From the NCBI GenBank assembly GCA_049799315.1, contig JBARHQ010000020.1, positions 21,085 through 85,084 of the forward strand: a DNA stretch of 64,000 bases. Direction: 5' to 3'. Numbering within the stretch: position 1 is the stretch's first letter; each line of letters begins with the position of its first letter. Made by a program: the position numbers and the translations under genes. This DNA comes from Thermodesulfovibrionales bacterium (GTDB lineage: Bacteria > Nitrospirota > Thermodesulfovibrionia > Thermodesulfovibrionales > UBA6898). Of the stretch, positions 8,323 through 17,853 are shown piece after piece. The notes beneath the pieces were generated by a model. That model saw only the letters and a program-made list of their open reading frames with translations, was not told where the DNA came from and did not search any database.

Positions 8323-9687
8323 ATGAAGATACGGTCCGTTAATCCATACACTGAAGAGTTGATAGATGAATTCGAACTGATGACGCGCGATGCCATCGAC
8401 AGTGAGGTCGGGAAGTCGAGACTAGCCTTTCGGGTATGGAGCGCGATGCCGGTCGCCACGAGGGTTGCCCATATCAGGAAACTGGGCGAGCATCTCAGGG
8501 CTGAAAAGAGTACCTATGCTGCGCTCATGACCAGAGAAATGGGCAAGCCGATCAGAGAGGCGGCTGCGGAAGTCGAAAAGTGTGCATGGCTCTGCGATTA
8601 CCACGCGGAGAATGGCGGGGCGCTCCTCATGCCTGAGGAAGTCGCCACCGAGTCAAAGAAGAGCTATGTGCTCTTTCAACCCCTGGGCATAGTTTTAGGC
8701 ATTATGCCGTGGAATTTTCCCTTCTGGCAGGCGTTCCGTTTCGGGATACCTGCGATCACCGCCGGCAATGTGGTGATGTTGAAGCATGCCTCCAATGTAC
8801 CCCTATGCGCTTTGGCGATCGAAGAGGCCTTTCTCCGGGCAGGGTTTCAAGACAACATCTTCAAAACACTGCTCATCGATTCGCAAAGCGCCCTGAATCT
8901 TATCGAAGAAGACAAGGTCGATGCGGTCTCTCTTACCGGCAGCAACAGCGCCGGGGAGCAGGTGGGAGCGCTGGCCGGCAAGAGGATCAAAAAGCTCGTG
9001 CTCGAACTCGGCGGCTCTGACCCCTTTATCGTCCTCGACGATGCGGACATAGAAAAGGCCGGCAGGATGGCTGTGAACGCCCGGATGATCAATGCAGGCC
9101 AGAGCTGCGTCGCTGCAAAGCGCTTTATCGTCATGAAGCATGTGGCTGAGGATTTTAGAAGGGTCTTTCTTGCACGTCTCGCGGAGCTGAAAGTGGGTGA
9201 TCCGATGGATGAGTCGACCGATGTGGGGCCGTTGGCCAAACAGGACATTCTCGATTCCCTGCAGGAACAGTTAAGAGATGCCCGGGAAAAGGGGGCTGAG
9301 ATCGTTCAGACAGAGCATACTTTTGGCAAGGGCCTCTTTTTTGCGCCTGCCGTCGTATTCAATCCAACCGGTGAGATGAAGGTCCTGAAGGAGGAGGTCT
9401 TCGGTCCGATAGCGCCGATAATTGCTGTGGACAACGAAGAGGAAGCAATCAGGGAAGCGAATGATACGAAATTCGGTTTGGGCGCCGCGATCTGGGGACG
9501 GGACCTGGAACGGGCCGAACGAATAGCCGCGAAGATCGAGGCGGGCACTGTAGCGATCAATGACATGGTGAAGTCAGATCCGCGGATGCCTTTCGGCGGG
9601 ATGAAAAAATCGGGTGTGGGCAGGGAGCTTTCCCACTATGGTCTCAAGGAATTCGTAAACATCAAATCTGTCGTTGTAAAGGAGTAG
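8323..9687 (+). CDS. NAD(P)-dependent aldehyde dehydrogenase, succinate-semialdehyde dehydrogenase type
   Basis: 454 aa. ALDH motifs ELGGSDP and NAGQSCVAAKR (catalytic Cys); EKCAWLCDYHAE segment typical of the short SSADH group. The SSADH specificity is inferred. Confidence 0.8.
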   Translation: MKIRSVNPYTEELIDEFELMTRDAIDSEVGKSRLAFRVWSAMPVATRVAHIRKLGEHLRAEKSTYAALMTREMGKPIREAAAEVEKCAWLCDYHAENGGALLMPEEVATESKKSYVLFQPLGIVLGIMPWNFPFWQAFRFGIPAITAGNVVMLKHASNVPLCALAIEEAFLRAGFQDNIFKTLLIDSQSALNLIEEDKVDAVSLTGSNSAGEQVGALAGKRIKKLVLELGGSDPFIVLDDADIEKAGRMAVNARMINAGQSCVAAKRFIVMKHVAEDFRRVFLARLAELKVGDPMDESTDVGPLAKQDILDSLQEQLRDAREKGAEIVQTEHTFGKGLFFAPAVVFNPTGEMKVLKEEVFGPIAPIIAVDNEEEAIREANDTKFGLGAAIWGRDLERAERIAAKIEAGTVAINDMVKSDPRMPFGGMKKSGVGRELSHYGLKEFVNIKSVVVKE

Positions 9688-9693
9688 CTCCGA

Positions 9694-11316
9694 ATGAAGG
9701 CGTCCGATCTGCTGGTGAAGTGTCTCGAAAATGAAGGTGTGGAGTTCATCTTCGGTATCCCGGGGGAAGAGACCCTCGATCTCATGGAGTCTCTGCGGAC
9801 CTCCTCTATCCGCTTTATCGTCACCCGGCACGAGCAGGCCGCAGCTTTTATGGCGGATGCATACGGACGTCTCACGGGCAGGCCCGGTGTTTGTCTCGCC
9901 ACCCTGGGCCCCGGTGCGGCCAACCTGCTCACCGGGGTTGCTGACGCGTATCTCGACAAGTCGCCCCTCGTGGCGATCACGGGGCAGGCGGACCTTAAAC
10001 GCATACACAGGGAGTCGCATCAATATATCGATATTGTCGAGATCTTCAGGAACGTGACCAAGTGGAACGCCAGGATTGACTCGCCTGAAGTCATCCCCGA
10101 GCTTGTGCGCAAGGCCTTCAAAGTCGCCACAGCGGAGAAGCCGGGGGCCGTTCACCTGGAACTGCCCGAGAATGTGGCAGCCATGGAGGTGGACGCTATC
10201 TACGAGGCGATGATTCCGCCCATTCGTCCGAGGAGGAGTTCTCCTGACAGGCAGGCGCTGGCAAAGGCGGCAGAGCTGGTTGCACATGCCCGTGTCCCTG
10301 TCATACTTGCAGGGAATGGCGTTGTCCGCAAGTCTGCGGGCGAGAGGCTGCAGCGCTTTGCTGAACTTTTCTGCATCCCGGTCGTGACGACCTTCATGGG
10401 CAAGGGGGGGATATCCGCTGAGAGCGATTGCTGCATAGGGACCCTCGGGCTTGCCAAAGACCGCCAGATCAGGGACGTTTTTCCGCAAGCGGACCTGATT
10501 ATTACTGTGGGCTACGACCTCGTCGAGTATGAGCCTAAGTATTGGAACCCCAGGCTTGAAAAGAAGATCATCCATATCGACTTCACCTCAAGTGAGGTGG
10601 ACCTCCATTACGTGCCTGAAGTCGAGATCATCTCCGACATACGGGAGACGCTCGAAATGCTCGAAGAGGTATTGAGCGCGAAAAAGAAGAGCGAGTGCCA
10701 TATCACGATGCGGGGCGACTTCAGCAGCGGACTCGATATTATGTGCAGGACAGACACATGGCCGCCGCATCCTCCCCGGATCATATGCGGAATACGCAGC
10801 GTGCTCCGTGCCGACGATATCCTGATATCGGATGTGGGCACGTGTAAGCTGTGGGTCGCGAAGTGCTATCCGGTTTACCGGAACAACACGTTTCTGATAT
10901 CTAACGGTCTCGCCTCCATGGGCATATCGCTGCCGGCTGCGATCACCGCAAAGCTCATCTATCCCGACCGCCATGTGGTCGCGGTATGCGGCGACGGTGG
11001 CTTTCTGATGAACCTGCAGGACCTTGAGACGGCATGCAGACTGGGGCTGAACATTGTTATAGTCATTTTTAAAGACAACGGCTACAACCTGATCAAGTGG
11101 AAGGCTGAACGGGAATTCGGCATTGCGCACGGCGTCAGTTTTTCGAACCCCGATTTTGTGAAGCTCGCAGAGAGCTTCGGCGCCATAGGCTACAGGCTCG
11201 AAACATGCAGCGAATTTGACGGCATGCTCAGGGAGGCGTTGACGAAGAACGTGCCGGTCATCATCGATGTACCGATAGACTACAGTGAAAACGACATGAT
11301 CTTCAATCTGCTGTAG
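9694..11316 (+). CDS. ThDP-dependent enzyme of the acetolactate synthase large-subunit family (candidate 2-oxoglutarate decarboxylase)
   Basis: 540 aa. N-terminal GIPGEE...RHEQAAAFMADAYGRLTG. ThDP motif GDGGFLMNLQDLETA...FKDNGYN. Follows the SSADH-type gene after a 6-nt gap. Confidence 0.8.
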   Translation: MKASDLLVKCLENEGVEFIFGIPGEETLDLMESLRTSSIRFIVTRHEQAAAFMADAYGRLTGRPGVCLATLGPGAANLLTGVADAYLDKSPLVAITGQADLKRIHRESHQYIDIVEIFRNVTKWNARIDSPEVIPELVRKAFKVATAEKPGAVHLELPENVAAMEVDAIYEAMIPPIRPRRSSPDRQALAKAAELVAHARVPVILAGNGVVRKSAGERLQRFAELFCIPVVTTFMGKGGISAESDCCIGTLGLAKDRQIRDVFPQADLIITVGYDLVEYEPKYWNPRLEKKIIHIDFTSSEVDLHYVPEVEIISDIRETLEMLEEVLSAKKKSECHITMRGDFSSGLDIMCRTDTWPPHPPRIICGIRSVLRADDILISDVGTCKLWVAKCYPVYRNNTFLISNGLASMGISLPAAITAKLIYPDRHVVAVCGDGGFLMNLQDLETACRLGLNIVIVIFKDNGYNLIKWKAEREFGIAHGVSFSNPDFVKLAESFGAIGYRLETCSEFDGMLREALTKNVPVIIDVPIDYSENDMIFNLL

Positions 11317-11368
11317 GCCTGTACGCAAGTGATCGTGCCGGCTGAACGGAAAGAAAAGGGTGCACGAG

Positions 11369-13318
11369 ATGGCAAGGAACCTTACACATAAGATACTCGG
11401 CGCGCATCTCCTCGAGGGGGAACTCATTCCCAATACTGGGCCCAATACCGGGATTGCGGTGCGGGTAGACCACACCCTGCTTCAGGATGCAACCGGTACG
11501 CTCGTAATGCTCGAATTCGAGTCACTTGGCCTCGATGCAGTGAGGGTGGAGCTCGCGGCCCAGTATATTGATCACAACATTCTCCAGACCGACAACAAAA
11601 ACGCGGACGACCACCGGTATCTGCAGACCTCGTCTGCGAAGTACGGAATTCATTTCAGTATCCCGGGCAACGGGGTCTCGCATCAGGTCCATATGGAACG
11701 CTTCGGGGCACCAGGAAAGATACTCCTCGGCGCCGACAGTCATACACCCGGCGCTGCCGGTGTGTCGATGCTCGGGATCGGAACAGGAGGGCTTGACGTT
11801 GCGCTCGCGATGGCCGGCTACCCGTACTATTTAATGTGCCCTGAGGTGCTGGGCGTGAGGCTGACCGGAAAGCTGCCGGATTGGGTGAGCGCAAAGGATG
11901 TGATTCTTGAGATGCTCCGCAGATACGGGGTGCACGGCTGCATCGGCAAGGTAGTCGAATATTACGGACCCGGGGTTCCCAACCTCTCGGCTACGGACCG
12001 TGAGACAATCGGCAATATGGGCGCTGAGTTGGGGGCGACGAGCTCGGTCTTCCCCTCGGACCGCAGGACGAGGCAGTATCTTGAGGCCCAGGGACGGGGC
12101 GCGGCCTGGGTACCGTTGTCGTCAGACAAAGGGGCGAAATACGATCAGTACGATGAGCTAGACCTCTCCATGCTCGAGCCGCTTATCGCCTGCCCTTCGT
12201 CGCCCGGAAACGTTGTGAAGGTTAGCGAGGTAGCGGGCATAAAAGTGGACCAGGTGATCGTCGGCAGCAGCGTGAACTCCTCTTTCAGGGACCTCATGGT
12301 CGTCGCAAAAATCATGGAGGGAAGACACAGCCATCCGGACACGACGTTCCATATAAACCCGGGTAGCCGCCAGGTGCTCGAAAATGTCGCTTCAAAGGGA
12401 GGGGCGGTCAGCCTGCTGATGGCGGGCTGTCGTATCCACGAGCCGGGGTGCCTCGGTTGCATAGGCATGGGCCAGGCACCTGGAACGGGCCAGGTGAGTC
12501 TCAGGACATTTCCCAGGAATTTCCCGGGACGCTCCGGCACAAAGGACGATAAGATCTACCTCTGTTCTCCCGAGACCGCTGCAGCCGGGACGCTGAAAGG
12601 GGTGATAACAGACCCGCGCAGCCTGGGCGAAGAGATGAAGTACCCGCGGATAAAGGAGCCGCGGCACTACCTTGTGGATGAACGCTCGATCATTTTCCCG
12701 TCTGACGAGTTACGGAAGACCGAACCGGTGCGCGGCCCTAATATACGTCCGCTGCCGTATCTCGCCAGCCTTCCTGAAACGATGCAGGCCGAGGTCGTGC
12801 TACGGGTCGGGGACAATATTTCTACCGATACGATTATGCCGGCCGGCAACAGGGTCCTGCCGCTCCGCTCGAACATCGAGGCGATAAGCGAGTTTGTTTT
12901 TTTACCGATAGCGCCTGACTTTGCAAAGGAGTGCCGGCAGAAGGGAACGGTAATCGTAGTCGGTGGCGACAATTACGGACAGGGATCGAGTCGTGAGCAT
13001 GCTGCCCTTGCGCCCCGTTACCTCGGTGTTTGCGCAAAGATCGTCAAGAGCTTCGCGCGCATCCACAAGTCGAACCTCTGCAATTGGGGCATTCTTCCGC
13101 TCACCTTTGCCGATCCGGGCGACTATGAGCTGCTGAACCAGGGTGCGAGAGTGGTCTTCCCCGACGTGAAGGGACGCATAGAACGCGGCGACAGGGAGAT
13201 ACCGGTCGAGGCGGAAGGCCGGACAGTCATCACCATGCTCGAGGTCTCGGACCGGGAAAGAAAACACCTCCTCGCCGGGGGGACATTAAATTTCGTAAAA
13301 GAGGAGTTACGGCAATGA
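11369..13318 (+). CDS. aconitate hydratase (short, about 650-aa 'Aquifex-type' form)
   Basis: Track ORF 11360-13318; ATG 11369 preferred. Motifs GADSHTPGAAG, GCLGCIGMGQAPG (Fe-S Cys ligands) and GQGSSREHAALAP. Confidence 0.85.
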   Translation: MARNLTHKILGAHLLEGELIPNTGPNTGIAVRVDHTLLQDATGTLVMLEFESLGLDAVRVELAAQYIDHNILQTDNKNADDHRYLQTSSAKYGIHFSIPGNGVSHQVHMERFGAPGKILLGADSHTPGAAGVSMLGIGTGGLDVALAMAGYPYYLMCPEVLGVRLTGKLPDWVSAKDVILEMLRRYGVHGCIGKVVEYYGPGVPNLSATDRETIGNMGAELGATSSVFPSDRRTRQYLEAQGRGAAWVPLSSDKGAKYDQYDELDLSMLEPLIACPSSPGNVVKVSEVAGIKVDQVIVGSSVNSSFRDLMVVAKIMEGRHSHPDTTFHINPGSRQVLENVASKGGAVSLLMAGCRIHEPGCLGCIGMGQAPGTGQVSLRTFPRNFPGRSGTKDDKIYLCSPETAAAGTLKGVITDPRSLGEEMKYPRIKEPRHYLVDERSIIFPSDELRKTEPVRGPNIRPLPYLASLPETMQAEVVLRVGDNISTDTIMPAGNRVLPLRSNIEAISEFVFLPIAPDFAKECRQKGTVIVVGGDNYGQGSSREHAALAPRYLGVCAKIVKSFARIHKSNLCNWGILPLTFADPGDYELLNQGARVVFPDVKGRIERGDREIPVEAEGRTVITMLEVSDRERKHLLAGGTLNFVKEELRQ

Positions 13319-14502
13319 GCGCATCTGCAGAAATCAAGAATACGGGCCTGCGCGGGGTCCCAGTGGCCGACACGAAGATCAGTTATGTCGATGGGACGCA
13401 GGGCGTACTTATTTACCGCGGTTATACGGTGGAAGACCTGGCCGCGAGATCAACATTCATGGAGGTCGCCTGCCTTCTGCTCAATGGTGAGCTGCCCGGT
13501 GCAAATGAACTCAGGCAATTCGAAAATCGTATCAGAGAGGAGAGGGCCCTTCCCGCCTTTATATATGAATGCTTCGGAAGGCTGCCGAAACAGGCGCTCC
13601 CGATGGACGTGCTCCAACTGGCGGTCCCGCTCCTTGCAACCGCAGATCCTGAGCTGCACGACGAGACAAAGGAGGGGAACCTGCGCAAGGCAGTGAGACT
13701 CATCGCGCGGGTGCCGGTGGTGACGGCAGCGTGGCACAGGATCAGGAATGGTATGGAGCCGGTCCCGGCCGACGCATCGCTCGATCATGCTGCCAATTTT
13801 CTATGGCAACTTACCGGTGTGAAGCCGGATCCCGAAATCAGCCGGGACCTCGACATCTGCCTGGTCCTGCATGCGGACCACACCTTTAACGCCTCAACTT
13901 TTGCCTGCCGTGAGGTGGTCTCGACGCGGGCTCATATGTATGCGGGGGTAGCGGCCGGTGTGGGTGCTCTCTCGGGGAGTCTGCATGGCGGTGCGAACGA
14001 GCGTGTCATGGAAATGCTTGTCAGGTTGAAGGATGAGAAAGACATTGCGGGATGGGTGAAGGCACAGCTCGATGCGGGCCAAAAGATCATGGGCATGGGT
14101 CACGCGGTATACAAGACCACGGATCCCCGGGGCAGGGTCCTGAAGGAGATGTCGCGCGGTCTCGGCGAGAAGCTCAAACAATCCCGGTGGTATGAGCTGA
14201 CGGCGCAGGTCGAAGAGGCTGCGCTCGCGGAATTCGCCAAGAGGGGCAAGACAGCGCTCAAGCCGAATGTCGATTTCTTCAGCGCCGCGGTCTACCACAT
14301 GATGGGCATCCCGCGGGACCTCATGACCCCCGTGTTCGCAATCTCCCGGATAGCGGGATGGTGCTCCCATATCATTGAGGAGATATTCGCCGAGGCCCAG
14401 AGTAAGCCGGCCCTCTACAGGCCTGATTCTGACTATATAGGAAACTATTGCGGCCGGACGGGTTGTAACTATCTGCCGATCGAGGCGCGGAAGAGAGGAT
14501 GA
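13315..14502 (+). CDS. gltA: citrate synthase (short dimeric type)
   Basis: 395 aa. ATGA overlap with the aconitase stop. Signature GMGHAVYKTTDPR, plus LVLHADH. Confidence 0.9.
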   Translation: MSASAEIKNTGLRGVPVADTKISYVDGTQGVLIYRGYTVEDLAARSTFMEVACLLLNGELPGANELRQFENRIREERALPAFIYECFGRLPKQALPMDVLQLAVPLLATADPELHDETKEGNLRKAVRLIARVPVVTAAWHRIRNGMEPVPADASLDHAANFLWQLTGVKPDPEISRDLDICLVLHADHTFNASTFACREVVSTRAHMYAGVAAGVGALSGSLHGGANERVMEMLVRLKDEKDIAGWVKAQLDAGQKIMGMGHAVYKTTDPRGRVLKEMSRGLGEKLKQSRWYELTAQVEEAALAEFAKRGKTALKPNVDFFSAAVYHMMGIPRDLMTPVFAISRIAGWCSHIIEEIFAEAQSKPALYRPDSDYIGNYCGRTGCNYLPIEARKRG

Positions 14503-14506
14503 CATA

Positions 14507-15031
14507 ATGCCAGAGCCGAACGAGAGTCCTTCGACTACATCGAGGAGGAGGTTCTTTAAGGTCCTTATCGGTCTTTTCGCCTCAATTAACGCGGCTGCCC
14601 TGGGCATCCCCTTTATCAGGACGCTCCTCAGCTCCCCTTACCGGACTGAGGGGTCTCCGTGGACGCGTCTTGCGGACCTCGCGTCACTGACTGAGAATGA
14701 GCCGTCAGAGATACGGTTCGAGATCACGACCGACGAGGCCTATTTGCACAAGACCGTACTGAACTCTGCCTGGATCATCAGGCATCCGGACTCGACAGTT
14801 ACAGTCTTTTCGCCGGTCTGCACCCATCTCGGTTGCCATTATACCTGGAACTCCGGGACAAGCCATTTCGAATGCCCCTGTCATGCCAGTGTGTTCGGCA
14901 TTGACGGGAAGGTGCTGTCGGGGCCAGCTCCCCGGCCTCTCGACGTTTTGAGTGCGAGAGTTGAAAACGAAGTGGTATTCGTCAAGTGGGAGCAGTTCAG
15001 GGCCGGAAGCCCGGCAAAAATATCTGTATAG
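14507..15031 (+). CDS. Rieske [2Fe-2S] protein with Tat signal
   Basis: SRRRFFKVLIG twin-arginine motif. Cluster boxes CTHLGCHY and CPCHASVF. Confidence 0.85.
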   Translation: MPEPNESPSTTSRRRFFKVLIGLFASINAAALGIPFIRTLLSSPYRTEGSPWTRLADLASLTENEPSEIRFEITTDEAYLHKTVLNSAWIIRHPDSTVTVFSPVCTHLGCHYTWNSGTSHFECPCHASVFGIDGKVLSGPAPRPLDVLSARVENEVVFVKWEQFRAGSPAKISV

Positions 15032-15040
15032 GAGGAACTC

Positions 15041-16774
15041 ATGCTCTCACGTCTGATGCAGTGGCTCGAATACAGATGGCCGGTTTCTTCGGTCACCAGA
15101 CTGATGCTCGATGAAGAGATCCCCGGCGGGGCGAGGTTCGCCTACACCCTGGGAAGCTCGCTGCTGATCGTCTTTATGCTCCAGGCGGTCACCGGTCTGA
15201 TGCAGCTCCTTTTTTATGTATCGTCAACGGAGTATGCCTATGACAGCATCAGCTATCTGCGGACAAAGGTGGCCTTCGGCTGGCTCATTCATGGCATGCA
15301 CTACTGGGGTGCGAACATCATGGTCGTGCTGGTCACCCTGCATATGGCGAGGGTATTTGTTTGGGGTGCGTACAAGCGTCCGCGAGAGCTGACCTGGCTT
15401 GCAGGTGTCCTTCTTCTGATGACGGTCATGGCCTTCAGCTTTACCGGCGCCCCGCTTCACTGGGACCAGCGCGGGTATTGGGCCGGGGAGGTCGGTACCA
15501 GCATCGCCGGAACGACCCCGGTCGTGGGCGGCATGATGAAGCGCTTTATGAGGGGGGGAGAAGAGATGGGACAGCTCACTTTATCGCGCTTCTTCGTCGC
15601 ACATGTCGCTGTCCTGCCCCTGGCCCTCCTGGCAATGTTCACGGTACATATAATAGCGATGAGGCGATTCGGGACTTCGGGACCATGGGCTGCCTCGGGG
15701 CCCGAAGCCGGACCCGAATCCGGAATTATATCGAAGCCTGAATCAAAGCAATTGCCGAAAGGTCCGTTCTGGCCTGATCAGGTCTTTAAAGACGCGGTGA
15801 CCGGGACCGCTGTCTTTATCCTTCTCGTGGGCCTCACTGTTTTTCTGCCGCCCTCATATTCGGGGCAGGCCGATACGCTCGATACCTCGTTTGTACCGAA
15901 GCCGGAGTGGAACTTCCTTTTTCTCTACCAGGCACTGAAATACTTTCAGGGCAGCCTCGAGCCGATCGGTACTGCCGGTGTCCCGACCGTGCTGATCCTG
16001 CTGCTGGTGCTCCTGCCGTTCATCGACAGGAACCCCGAGCGCAATCCCTTCAGACGTCCCGTAGCCATGCTCTGCGCAGCCGGCCTCGCGGGCATAATAA
16101 TATGGCTCAGCATCACCGGTTATCTCAGCACCGGGTTTGCGTTACCAGGGAGTACAGGTGAAACGAAGGCTGCGCAATCGGTCAGGCCCGAAACGCCGCC
16201 GATGAGAGTCAGCCCGATAGCGGCCGAGGCAGTTGCCGCCGAAACGCGACTGTCAGCAAAAACCGAAGTACCACGCGATGCTGGCCACTCTGGGCTTTCG
16301 AAGATTTCGGGACTGCCGGGAAGGGCAGCCTACATCATAGGAAGCTCAGAGACGGGCGCTACGTTGTTCAAAAAGTACTGCATGCCGTGCCACGGACAGG
16401 AGGGGGTTAGCAAACTCCCCAATCCCGGGACTCTGAGAGGCAAGGTGCCTGACCTTAACCCGATCGACAGGGATTTATTGGGCACTGAGGCAGATGCATC
16501 CGCAAAAAATATTGACCGTTTCATCCAGCACGGGGCAGTTCCCGAGGGCAAGGCACCAGCGATAAAGATGCCTTCCTTCGGCGACACCCATACGCTCACG
16601 CAGCAGCAGATAGCCAATATCGAGGCGTATGTCCTGAGATTAAACAGCATCGACCGGGCTGAAATGAGGAACCAGGGCATGCAGCCGCGCAGCTTCTTTC
16701 TGATGCTCGTCTCCGTGTACGCGCTTCTGTTTTTATGGTTCGGCGGGCTCTGGAGAAAGGGGCGGACGTCGTGA
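15041..16774 (+). CDS. cytochrome b (b + subunit-IV-like part) fused to a C-terminal mono-haem cytochrome c domain
   Basis: 577 aa; GGAGGA SD. N-terminal multi-TM cytochrome b-like sequence (WLIHGMHYWGANIMV...). C-terminal soluble part with a single CMPCHG haem motif, followed by one more TM segment. Confidence 0.8.
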   Translation: MLSRLMQWLEYRWPVSSVTRLMLDEEIPGGARFAYTLGSSLLIVFMLQAVTGLMQLLFYVSSTEYAYDSISYLRTKVAFGWLIHGMHYWGANIMVVLVTLHMARVFVWGAYKRPRELTWLAGVLLLMTVMAFSFTGAPLHWDQRGYWAGEVGTSIAGTTPVVGGMMKRFMRGGEEMGQLTLSRFFVAHVAVLPLALLAMFTVHIIAMRRFGTSGPWAASGPEAGPESGIISKPESKQLPKGPFWPDQVFKDAVTGTAVFILLVGLTVFLPPSYSGQADTLDTSFVPKPEWNFLFLYQALKYFQGSLEPIGTAGVPTVLILLLVLLPFIDRNPERNPFRRPVAMLCAAGLAGIIIWLSITGYLSTGFALPGSTGETKAAQSVRPETPPMRVSPIAAEAVAAETRLSAKTEVPRDAGHSGLSKISGLPGRAAYIIGSSETGATLFKKYCMPCHGQEGVSKLPNPGTLRGKVPDLNPIDRDLLGTEADASAKNIDRFIQHGAVPEGKAPAIKMPSFGDTHTLTQQQIANIEAYVLRLNSIDRAEMRNQGMQPRSFFLMLVSVYALLFLWFGGLWRKGRTS

Positions 16775-17169
16775 CGTCTTCTGGACATGCAATCGTCCTT
16801 TGGCCGCTGGTCCTGTATACCGGGGTTGTCCTTCTCCTTGTCTCTACTATGCTGCTATTGTCATACTTTCTCGGACAGCGCCACAGGGAGAGGGCGACCG
16901 ACAGGCCGTATGAGTCAGGAGTGGAGCCGACCGGCTCTGCCCGCATGCGCTTCGACGTCAAGTTTTATATGGTCGCCATGTTCTTTGTGATCTTTGACAT
17001 CGAGGCGGTCTTTGTCTTCTCCTGGGCCATAGTCCTGCGCAGGCTCGGGTGGCAGGGCTATGCAGCGATAACGGTTTTTATCGGCCTGATATCAATAATC
17101 CTTGCCTACCTCTGGCGCATCGGCGCCCTCGACTGGGGACCAGCCGGGGAAAAATCGGATGCGGTCTGA
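16771..17169 (+). CDS. nuoA: NADH-quinone oxidoreductase subunit A
   Basis: Track ORF 16735-17169. GTG 16771 preferred (GTGA overlap with the cytochrome b/c stop, purine-rich tract upstream). Contains PYESG...FDVKFYMVAMFFVIFDIE. Confidence 0.8.
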   Translation: MTSSGHAIVLWPLVLYTGVVLLLVSTMLLLSYFLGQRHRERATDRPYESGVEPTGSARMRFDVKFYMVAMFFVIFDIEAVFVFSWAIVLRRLGWQGYAAITVFIGLISIILAYLWRIGALDWGPAGEKSDAV

Positions 17170-17190
17170 TCGCATGAGGTGTATAACCCT

Positions 17191-17853
17191 ATGAAATGGT
17201 CTCTAAGCCGGGGATCCGGCTTCTCAGGCGGCCCAGCATCCGGCTTACCAGGCGATCAAGTCCTTGCCGGGAATGCAGAGGATGCGGTAAGCAAGAGTCT
17301 TATCTTTACAAGACTGCAGGACCTGATGGCATGGAGCCGCAAGAATTCGGTCTGGCCTTTCAACTTCGGACTCTCATGCTGTTATGTCGAGATGGCGGCA
17401 AGCCTCACGTCGAGGTACGATCTCGCCCGCTTTGGTTCCGAGGTGATACGCGGCACGCCGCGCGAGGCGGACCTGATGATCATCGCCGGCACGGTATTCA
17501 TCAAAATGGCGCCGATCATCAGGCGACTCTATGAACAGATGATGGAGCCGCGCTGGGTCATATCCATGGGCTCCTGCGCAAATTCCGGCGGGATGTACGA
17601 TATATACAGCGTGGTGCAGGGCGTTGATACCTTTCTCCCGGTAGACGTGTATGTCCCGGGCTGTCCGCCCAGACCCGAGGCCTTTATGGAAGGGCTGATG
17701 CTGCTCCAGGAAGCTATCGGAAAGGAGCGGCGTCCGGTTAGCTGGGCCGCAGGACCGCAAGGGGTTGAGATGCCTTCCAGGCCTTCTTTGCGGGACCGGA
17801 AGCGGCCTGCAAGACAGAAGGTAAAAGACCTGGCGCCGCCGGACCGTATATAG
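17191..17853 (+). CDS. nuoB: NADH-quinone oxidoreductase subunit B
   Basis: [17 protein letters not shown] and PGCPP motifs (N2 cluster ligands). Start is ATG 17191 (GAGGTG upstream) or GTG 17179. Confidence 0.9.
   Translation: MKWSLSRGSGFSGGPASGLPGDQVLAGNAEDAVSKSLIFTRLQDLMAWSRKNSVWPFNFGLSCCYVEMAASLTSRYDLARFGSEVIRGTPREADLMIIAGTVFIKMAPIIRRLYEQMMEPRWVISMGSCANSGGMYDIYSVVQGVDTFLPVDVYVPGCPPRPEAFMEGLMLLQEAIGKERRPVSWAAGPQGVEMPSRPSLRDRKRPARQKVKDLAPPDRI

Noticed and set aside
9574-11475. Long antisense ORFs (333 and 295 aa) opposite the ThDP enzyme. Similar ones lie opposite gltA, nuoF, nuoG, nuoL and glnD (237-279 aa).
   Set aside because: These are typical shadow ORFs of GC-rich, codon-biased genes, with Arg/Pro/His-rich low-complexity translations. 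The sense-strand products all carry unambiguous family motifs.
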